A stretch of DNA of 46,770 nucleotides. Source: Bacteroidales bacterium (GTDB taxonomy: Bacteria; Bacteroidota; Bacteroidia; Bacteroidales; UBA3663). The DNA lies in the NCBI GenBank assembly GCA_045642245.1, contig JAZUIL010000116.1, forward strand, positions 1 to 46,770. The letters run 5' to 3'. The notes under the pieces were generated by a model. It had not been told where the DNA came from and made no database searches. It saw nothing but the letters and a program-made list of their open reading frames with translations. Below are positions 1-6,044 of the stretch, in pieces (the first letter of the stretch is position 1; each line of letters starts with the position of its first letter). Made by a program: the position numbers and the translations under genes.

Positions 1-105
1 ATGAAAGAATAAAGGCGGGTTAGGTGCCTACACACGACGCCAATGTGATACTAAATTTGACGCTGTTATTTTCTGAAATATTTGTAATTACTTGATTTTC
101 AATAT

Positions 106-696
106 TTACAAAATATTACAGATGAGCGGGCGCAGATTATCTTCTAACGCTTTACTCTCACGAAGGAACTCTGGAGAGAAAAGAAGATTGAACTTTTTAC
201 CCTTCAGCGCTGGATCTGTCAAGAATTTAAGAGCATACTTCACATAGAGGGAACGACAATAACCTACAGGAATCGTACTCTTGATAACCATCACAGCATC
301 AGGATTGACGCTCAAAACAAGATCGATGACATCTTCAATATGATGCGTATCAAAAAAATTCTTGGCAGAATCGTAGTTAGTTGGAGCAGCAATAACTACA
401 AAGTCAGCATCCTTGTAAGCAGATACACCATCAAGGGTGGCAGTGAGAGACCCTCTCCTGTCTCCCTTAAAGGGAGATGATTCATTACCAACGCAAGGAA
501 TAATATTTGGATCTGCCAGATACTTCTCTATATACTCGTCCTGAATTGGGGAAATACGATTGTTAATCTTCCTCACCTTTTCGGGGATAACATCAACTGC
601 TGTAACCGTATGGTGTTGAGCCAACAAAGTTGCAATACTAAGGCCAACATAGCCTGTACCGGCTACAGCAATTTGTAAATCTTCAAAATTTCTCAT
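106..696 (-). pseudogene. ugd: UDP-glucose 6-dehydrogenase, first ~195 codons only (3'-truncated; frame leaves the family consensus after ...ALEDNLRP and stops at 106)
   Basis: Rossmann motif [41 protein letters not shown] and [12 protein letters not shown] are typical of UDPGDH, which is normally >380 aa. No continuation is seen in any frame of bases 1-105. Confidence 0.7.
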
Positions 697-711
697 ATCA
701 CTTAATATCTT

Positions 712-1980
712 TTATTCTCTACGTATATACAACTCTATCGCATCTGGATGGTCTATGCAAAACGTCTTGGAATCTGTTACAACAAGAGCTAAATAACCAC
801 CACCTCCAGCGCCAGGAAACTTTGTAGCCAAAACATCGGTCATTGACAGCCAATAATGGATTTCTGGCTGAAGTGAGGAGTGAGGAGTGAGAAGTGAGGA
901 GTTGCCATCCGGGTCGAATATCATTGGGGTGACCATACTGGGGAACATGGAGATCTGCGCTTCGAACGATGCTTTATATGCTGAAGCAAAAGCGGTAAGG
1001 TCGTGGGCGAGAATGGCATTCCAGCAAGCATCGGCGGCATCGGAAAGAGCTTTGACTTTCTGTGGGGTAATATCTTTGCCTTCTACTACTGAACATCCGG
1101 GTTGACGAGGATCAAGAGGAACTAAAACAAGATGCTGTTCTAGGAAACGAAGAGTCATCTCATCGGTAGTACTCTCAATCTTCTTCGGCCAGAAATTATT
1201 ATCATAATAATGACGACAGAGGCCTGGGACACAGATACCAATAGCATCTTGGGCTCCAGAAATATGCAAGCCTTTACGTTCTGGATTATTCTCAAAACAA
1301 AAGACAAGACGAGCCAAGGTCTCCGGATCCATCTTAGGGAGTTTGACTGGCCAGATCTTCTGAATCATCTTTCGCGTAGAGGTGGCAAGTCCACAACGTT
1401 CACGGATTTCGAAAGTGGGCTCTAAAGAGATGGTGATGGCCCAACCGGGGTGGTATTGGGAGACGTAGGGCTGGTCGATCCAGGTACCGGCGAGATCTAA
1501 CCTTGTTGGAATCAGTGAGGAGTGAGGAGTGAGGAGTGAGGAGTTATTTGCCTGACCCTCCCCTTGCAATAATACAGTTTTAAGGGAGCTGCTGCTACGG
1601 GCTTGAAGGCCTTCATGTGGGGTGCGGTCTAGTTCGATGTACTCAATGCCTCGTGCTTTACAGAGTTGACGTTTTTCTTCGCTACCACCGTCTTTGTTGA
1701 CTACAAAAAAATCCGGCTTTACAATGTCGAGCGTGGGGAGGAAGTCGATAACTCCATGTCCCTCATTGATAAAGGCTTCTTTCACGGCTTTGATGTTCTG
1801 AACCATGAAGAGTCGCTCTTCCTGAGGGAACATGGGACTACGATGTTTATATTCCTGATAGGTAACATCAGAACCAATGCCCACATAAAGATCTCCGAAC
1901 TGGGATGCCCGCTGGAAGAACTCTATATGTCCCGAATGTAACAGATCGTAGCAGCCGCTGACGAAGACTTTCTTGTTCAT
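712..1980 (-). CDS. Bifunctional cytidylyltransferase-fold nucleotidyltransferase / GHMP-type sugar kinase
   Basis: The N-terminus VFVSGCYDLLHSGHIEFF carries the HxGH motif of the CTP_transf_like fold. The C-terminal half has PTRLDLAGTWIDQP (GHMP N-terminal motif), GLATSTRK and the GAGGGGY glycine loop. Two in-frame NSSLLTPHSSL cassettes are present. Confidence 0.75.
   Translation of the reverse strand: MNKKVFVSGCYDLLHSGHIEFFQRASQFGDLYVGIGSDVTYQEYKHRSPMFPQEERLFMVQNIKAVKEAFINEGHGVIDFLPTLDIVKPDFFVVNKDGGSEEKRQLCKARGIEYIELDRTPHEGLQARSSSSLKTVLLQGEGQANNSSLLTPHSSLIPTRLDLAGTWIDQPYVSQYHPGWAITISLEPTFEIRERCGLATSTRKMIQKIWPVKLPKMDPETLARLVFCFENNPERKGLHISGAQDAIGICVPGLCRHYYDNNFWPKKIESTTDEMTLRFLEQHLVLVPLDPRQPGCSVVEGKDITPQKVKALSDAADACWNAILAHDLTAFASAYKASFEAQISMFPSMVTPMIFDPDGNSSLLTPHSSLQPEIHYWLSMTDVLATKFPGAGGGGYLALVVTDSKTFCIDHPDAIELYIRRE
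871..903 (-). repeat. 33-nt heptamer-repeat cassette, copy A (in frame, encodes NSSLLTPHSSL)
   Basis: The + strand reads AA GTGAGGA GTGAGGA GTGAGAA GTGAGGA GTT, with one substitution relative to copy B. Confidence 0.95.
1513..1545 (-). repeat. 33-nt heptamer-repeat cassette, copy B (in frame, encodes NSSLLTPHSSL)
   Basis: The + strand reads CA GTGAGGA GTGAGGA GTGAGGA GTGAGGA GTT, four perfect units. Confidence 0.95.
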
Positions 1981-1981
1981 C

Positions 1982-3115
1982 TTATTTTACAATGCCCTTT
2001 TCAAGGAATTCTGCCAAATTCATCTTTCGAACATCATGTGCAGCATTATCTGCAGCGACCTTTGCCATATCATGTTTAACCATCAATTCAACCAACTGCT
2101 CGAAGGTAGTGGTCATTGGATTCCAGCCGAGTTCTTTCTTTGCTTTCGTCGGATCACCCCAAAGATTTACAACGTCTGTTGGGCGGTAGAAATCAGGGCT
2201 GACTGCGACCAAAGTCTTGCCAACCAATTGAGAATTGTCAATTGAAAATTGAGAATTAACAGACTCACAAATTCCGACCTCGTTGACACCTTCGCCTTCC
2301 CAACGGAGCTCGATGCCGGCATGGTGGAAAGCTAGGGTAGCGAACTCTCGTACAGTATGCTGAACACCAGTGGCAATGACAAAATCTTCTGGTTTATCAT
2401 GCTGAAGGATCAGCCACATACACTCGACGTAGTCCTTGGCATATCCCCAGTCTCGAAGACTATCGAGGTTTCCGAGATAAAGGCAATCCTGCTTTCCTTG
2501 GGCGATACGTGCTGCTGCGAGCGTAATCTTACGGGTAACGAAAGTTTCACCACGACGCTCTGATTCATGGTTAAAGAGGATGCCGGAGCAGCAGAACATA
2601 TCATATGCCTCACGGTATTCCTTGATGATCCAATAGCCATAAAGCTTAGCTACAGCATAAGGTGAATATGGATGAAATGGGGTATTCTCATTCTGTGGCA
2701 CTTCCTCGACTTTGCCATAAAGTTCAGAAGTAGACGCCTGATAGATCTTACACGTTTTCTCCAAATGATTGGTGCGAACGGCTTCAAGAATACGGAGCAC
2801 GCCAACTGCATCCACATCGGCCGTAAATTCTGGCGCATCGAAACTTACTTGAACATGGCTCTGAGCCGCAAGGTTGTAAATCTCAGTTGGCTGTACCTTA
2901 CCCACAAGTTTGACAAGCGACATTGAGTCGCCCATATCGGCATAATGAAGGTGAAAGTTGGCCGCACCTTCAAGATGCGCAATTCGCTCACGATAATCAA
3001 CCGAAGATCTACGAATAATGCCATGTACTTCATAACCCTTTGCAAGAAGAAACTCTGAGAGGTAGCTGCCGTCTTGACCGGTAACGCCGGTGATCAATGC
3101 AATGTTCTTTGTCAT
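1982..3115 (-). CDS. gmd: GDP-mannose 4,6-dehydratase
   Basis: [52 protein letters not shown] and [13 protein letters not shown] are present. The tracked ORF starts at a TTG at 3124; ATG 3115 ([10 protein letters not shown]) is the likelier start. Confidence 0.95.
   Translation of the reverse strand: MTKNIALITGVTGQDGSYLSEFLLAKGYEVHGIIRRSSVDYRERIAHLEGAANFHLHYADMGDSMSLVKLVGKVQPTEIYNLAAQSHVQVSFDAPEFTADVDAVGVLRILEAVRTNHLEKTCKIYQASTSELYGKVEEVPQNENTPFHPYSPYAVAKLYGYWIIKEYREAYDMFCCSGILFNHESERRGETFVTRKITLAAARIAQGKQDCLYLGNLDSLRDWGYAKDYVECMWLILQHDKPEDFVIATGVQHTVREFATLAFHHAGIELRWEGEGVNEVGICESVNSQFSIDNSQLVGKTLVAVSPDFYRPTDVVNLWGDPTKAKKELGWNPMTTTFEQLVELMVKHDMAKVAADNAAHDVRKMNLAEFLEKGIVK
2225..2257 (-). repeat. 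33-nt AT-rich internally repeated cassette in frame in gmd (encodes [11 protein letters not shown])
   Basis: The minus strand reads AATTCTCAATT TTCAATTGAC AATTCTCAATTG: two copies of AATTCTCAATT around the palindrome TCAATTGA. It lies in a loop that I remember as about 11 aa shorter in other Gmd sequences. Confidence 0.7.
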
Positions 3116-3152
3116 ATTTTTCAATTCATAATTAAAAATTCATAATTCATAA

Positions 3153-4388
3153 TCAAAGCAGACTCTGCTGATACCAGTCGAAGAGCTTCTGCACGCCATC
3201 CTCTATCTCCACTTTGTGTGTCCAGCCGAGGGAATGGAGTTTGCTGACGTCGATGAGCTTGCGCATGGTTCCATCTGGTTTGGTGGCGTCGAATTCTACT
3301 GTACCCGTGAATCCGACTGCCTTAACGACGAGTTCGGAAAGCTCACGAATAGTAAGCTCTTTACCAGTACCAACGTTGATATGGCAATTGCGAATCTCTC
3401 CGAGCGAAGGAATGGCGCCACCTCTTCCAGTACTGTGGTTACGATCAACGACTCCATCAGCTTTTACGCCATAATGAACACTAGAGTATTTCTCAATGCC
3501 GATGATATCTGAGAAATTGACATTCAAAAGTACATGGACGCTCGCGTCAGCCATATCCTCAGACCAAAGGAACTCTCGTAAAGGCTTACCTGTGCCCCAA
3601 AGTGTTACCTTATTGTTTTCGATGCCGTAGTATGCAAGAACTCTCTCAATCAATGCTTGATCACTGTTGCCATCAATGACATAGCGAGTAACTAGTGAGG
3701 AATGAGGAGTGAGGAGTGAGGAGTTGCCTGCTGGTTCCTTGATGTTGGCTCCGACAGGACGGATGGACAAGTCCTTGCGGATCATATCCCAGTTTCCATC
3801 GTTGAGGAGTTTTGCCAAATACACTTTACGCATCATGGCTGGCATAACGTGCGAGTTCTCCAAGTGGAAGTTGTCGTTAGGTCCGTAGAGATTTGTCGGC
3901 ATTACGGCTATATAGTTAGTACCATACTGGAGGTTATAGCTCTCACACATCTTCAAGCCCGCAATCTTGGCAATGGCATACTCTTCGTTGGTGTACTCGA
4001 GTTCTGAAGTTAGCAGACAATCCTCCTTCATTGGCTGTGGTGCATTCTTAGGATAAATGCAAGTAGAACCCAAGAAGAGAAGTTTTTCTACACCATGAGC
4101 ATAAGCCTCTGAGATAACGTTGCACTGGATCTTCATATTCATCATCATGAAATCTGCGCGATAGAGACTATTGGCCATGATACCTCCTACAAAAGCAGCG
4201 GCAAGGACAACTGCATCAGGACGTTCTTCATCAAAGAACTTCTTGACTGCATATTGATCAGTAAGGTCAAGCTCTTTATGGGTGCGACCTACAAGATTAT
4301 TATATCCTCTTGCTTTGAGATTATTCCATATAGCCGAACCTACAAGTCCAAGATGTCCGGCAACATAAATTTTACTTTGATAATCCAT
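3153..4388 (-). CDS. fcl: GDP-L-fucose synthase (GDP-4-keto-6-deoxymannose 3,5-epimerase/4-reductase), long variant with loop insertions
   Basis: IYVAGHLGLVGSAI, LAAAFVGGIMAN, LLFLGSTCIYPK, YAIAKIAGLKMCESYN, MPTNLYGPNDNF and KPDGTMRKLIDVSKLHSLGW align with the remembered E. coli Fcl sequence. It carries one NSSLLTPHSSL cassette. Confidence 0.92.
   Translation of the reverse strand: MDYQSKIYVAGHLGLVGSAIWNNLKARGYNNLVGRTHKELDLTDQYAVKKFFDEERPDAVVLAAAFVGGIMANSLYRADFMMMNMKIQCNVISEAYAHGVEKLLFLGSTCIYPKNAPQPMKEDCLLTSELEYTNEEYAIAKIAGLKMCESYNLQYGTNYIAVMPTNLYGPNDNFHLENSHVMPAMMRKVYLAKLLNDGNWDMIRKDLSIRPVGANIKEPAGNSSLLTPHSSLVTRYVIDGNSDQALIERVLAYYGIENNKVTLWGTGKPLREFLWSEDMADASVHVLLNVNFSDIIGIEKYSSVHYGVKADGVVDRNHSTGRGGAIPSLGEIRNCHINVGTGKELTIRELSELVVKAVGFTGTVEFDATKPDGTMRKLIDVSKLHSLGWTHKVEIEDGVQKLFDWYQQSLL
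3693..3725 (-). repeat. 33-nt heptamer-repeat cassette, copy C (in frame in fcl, encodes NSSLLTPHSSL)
   Basis: The + strand reads TA GTGAGGA ATGAGGA GTGAGGA GTGAGGA GTT, with one substitution. Confidence 0.95.
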
Positions 4389-4418
4389 AATTCAAATTTG
4401 AGTAACGATCTAATTTCG

Positions 4419-4426
4419 CAAAGGTA
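4419..4426 (-). promoter_or_regulatory. Bacteroidota -7 box (TACCTTTG) proximal to fcl
   Basis: The reverse complement of CAAAGGTA matches TAnnTTTG and lies 31 nt upstream of the fcl ATG. Confidence 0.5.
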
Positions 4427-4492
4427 ACAGCTTCGCTACAGCCCGCCACACGGCAGGTTGCAAAAATAGTATTATAACACAAATACGCGCGA

Positions 4493-4500
4493 CAAATATA
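4493..4500 (-). promoter_or_regulatory. Bacteroidota -7 box (TATATTTG), distal fcl promoter, part of the duplicated promoter module
   Basis: The reverse complement of CAAATATA matches TAnnTTTG. The same 23-nt context GCGCGACAAATATAATAAATA recurs at 11549-11571. Confidence 0.5.
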
Positions 4501-4630
4501 ATAAATATTTCTAACATTGACTTTTTTTTTAAAAAAAAAACTACTTTTGAACCATACAATAAGTACTTTTTTTGCTATTTTGCACACTTTCGCAATCAAA
4601 ATAATCCTCTATCGCTACATCTTTGATGAT

Positions 4631-4775
4631 CTTGCCACTTGCCACCCTCCTATCATAAATGCTTGATTTTCGAGGGATAAAAAGGGTGGCAAGTTGGTGG
4701 AGAGTTGCCACAACTTGCCACCAACTTACCACCCTGTCACACAATTCGATATTGCCCTTAGTGGCAAGTGGCAAG
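4631..4775. repeat. Nested inverted-repeat region built from TTGCCAC/GTGGCAA heptamers
   Basis: Perfect 15-bp IR: CTTGCCACTTGCCAC (4631-4645) with GTGGCAAGTGGCAAG (4761-4775). 11-bp IR: 4638-4648 with 4683-4693. 17-bp IR with one mismatch: 4684-4700 with 4718-4734. Confidence 0.9.
4684..4734 (-). terminator. Candidate Rho-independent terminator or attenuator hairpin inside the heptamer-repeat region
   Basis: A 17-bp stem with one mismatch (4684-4700 with 4718-4734) is followed on the minus strand by TTTTT (reverse complement of 4679-4683). Confidence 0.4.
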
Positions 4776-4982
4776 AGAAATGAAATTCAGGTTACGCGGC
4801 TTGCGTCAACGGGACGATATAATAAACCGTACCGTGCTTATTCTCTTTACGCTCGAAATGAAGCGCCTTGAGAAGCATACCCACCTTGATGTCCGTACCA
4901 TGATTCGGCTTTTAGGTCGGGCACTTTGTAAGCAAAGTTTGTCAGAAGTTGAATAGAAAATGTGTTTTTCTAAAAGCAGCCG

Positions 4983-4990
4983 CAAAGATA
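4983..4990 (-). promoter_or_regulatory. Bacteroidota -7 box (TATCTTTG) driving a non-coding unit upstream of fcl
   Basis: The reverse complement of CAAAGATA matches TAnnTTTG. It is located 52 nt downstream of the GT8-like stop codon. Confidence 0.4.
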
Positions 4991-5041
4991 ATGAAAAGAA
5001 ATGGTGATTCCAAGAGAATCATCAAAAAAAATAAAGACTAA

Positions 5042-6034
5042 TTAAAAATCAATCGTTCTAAAAAATTGGCTTATTGTATCTTTAATACGTAATAAATAAT
5101 TTGGTTTATCTGCACAGGCTTTATTCTCTACCCCAGGGTGCTTTATCAACAAAATATCCAAGCCATAGCGTTCGCGTAACATTTCTTTCTGCCTGTCAAC
5201 GATTCTAAGATAATTCCTATACAATGTCCTGACATAAAAGAAATCATACTTTAAGACTCCCGCAAGATTAATATCGACCTTACGTCTTTCTTTATATGCG
5301 ATATTCTCAAAATGATAGAAAACCAGCGTACAAGTTCTGGCATACTGCTTGTTATAAAGATATTTTCCCCTCGAGCGATATTGTCTTATATTCCAAGGTG
5401 CAACACCTGCACCCAGGTTCTCTGTTTCAATGACAAAATCATAATCTTCACACCAATGATCCTGGTATTTCTGATCACCCCAATGTATTCCATCCCTATC
5501 TATTGAACAATGCTCCAAACACTGGCTTCGCCAGATATTCAATAACATTAAGCCTTTTTCGTCATTCTTGAACGTATCAAACTCGACACAGTACTTACCG
5601 ACAAAATGCTCCTTCTCTGCGGCAAGATTACGATCAAATCGGTGCCCTATAACCTGAACCGAAGCCCCTTTAGAAAGCATCTCATCTATGATTATCTGTG
5701 GATCAGAGTAAAAATAAAGGTCTGCATCAATATATGTACAACACTCAGGCTTAAATGTCATCAGGATATAACGAACAAGCGACGAGGAGCAGGTCCAACA
5801 ATACTCACCGACTTTGCGAGCGGGTTTAACACGAAGCAATTCCTCATCTTCGAAATCTTCGAGTCTTATGGGCTTCAGGTGCGGGTAATGCAGATCCGTG
5901 AGGACTTCATAGCACTTGTCACTCATTGCCAAGACATACAGCTCAAACCCTTTACACACCTGTTCTAGGGACTCGTACATAGCCAGTCCCTTATCCAAAT
6001 AATTATGATCGAATAATGTGCAAAGCGTTGTCAT
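5042..6034 (-). CDS. GT-A fold glycosyltransferase (GT8-like)
   Basis: It has the TLFDHNYLDKGLAMYESL N-terminus and a YIDADLYFYSDP DxD motif. The tracked ORF begins at a TTG (6043); ATG 6034 is preferred. Confidence 0.6.
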   Translation of the reverse strand: MTTLCTLFDHNYLDKGLAMYESLEQVCKGFELYVLAMSDKCYEVLTDLHYPHLKPIRLEDFEDEELLRVKPARKVGEYCWTCSSSLVRYILMTFKPECCTYIDADLYFYSDPQIIIDEMLSKGASVQVIGHRFDRNLAAEKEHFVGKYCVEFDTFKNDEKGLMLLNIWRSQCLEHCSIDRDGIHWGDQKYQDHWCEDYDFVIETENLGAGVAPWNIRQYRSRGKYLYNKQYARTCTLVFYHFENIAYKERRKVDINLAGVLKYDFFYVRTLYRNYLRIVDRQKEMLRERYGLDILLIKHPGVENKACADKPNYLLRIKDTISQFFRTIDF

Positions 6035-6044
6035 AGAAAGCAAA

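Noticed and set aside
1-105. A tRNA gene, att site or IS terminal inverted repeat at the left edge, explaining the ugd truncation.
   Set aside because: No cloverleaf-compatible pairing, transposase ORF or clear terminal repeat can be supported from 105 nt. The junction is reported only as an unexplained break-point.
3116-3152. Tandem TTATGAATT repeats between fcl and gmd (and similar ATTATAC repeats upstream of ilvC) as a regulatory repeat element.
   Set aside because: They are short AT-rich intercistronic spacers directly upstream of start codons, consistent with the A/T-rich translation-initiation regions typical of SD-independent Bacteroidota genes. There is no evidence for a distinct element.
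871-3725. Whether the three 33-nt repeats could be a degenerate CRISPR array or CRISPR-derived.
   Set aside because: The copies are 610 and 2150 nt apart rather than regularly spaced. They lie inside intact reading frames and are themselves tandem heptamers. No cas genes or leader are present.
4521-4540. The T9A10 tract as a terminator hairpin.
   Set aside because: A pure A:T stem with no loop is too weak to act as an intrinsic terminator. The homologous position in the duplicated module (about 11585-11600) is only a short T5/A5 pair. It is better viewed as an AT-rich upstream promoter element.
4631-4775. An invertible promoter (Bacteroides-type DNA inversion switch) flanked by the perfect 15-bp inverted repeats.
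   Set aside because: - No TAnnTTTG -7 motif occurs in either orientation between the repeats.
- The 115-bp interior is itself mostly more copies of the same heptamer.
- No serine or tyrosine recombinase gene is in the window.
- I did not see the inverted-repeat core sequence that I associate with Mpi-type inversion sites.
- An RNA-structure or repeat-element interpretation fits better. Inversion could still be tested with read-pair orientation.
4806-4901. A 31-codon Arg-rich ORF (MVRTSRWVCFSRRFISSVKRISTVRFIISSR) downstream of the 4983-4990 promoter.
   Set aside because: It is very short and resembles no family I recognise. Its composition looks like the translation of a structured or GC-richer RNA rather than a peptide gene. 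It is kept only as a possibility within the non-coding-unit finding.
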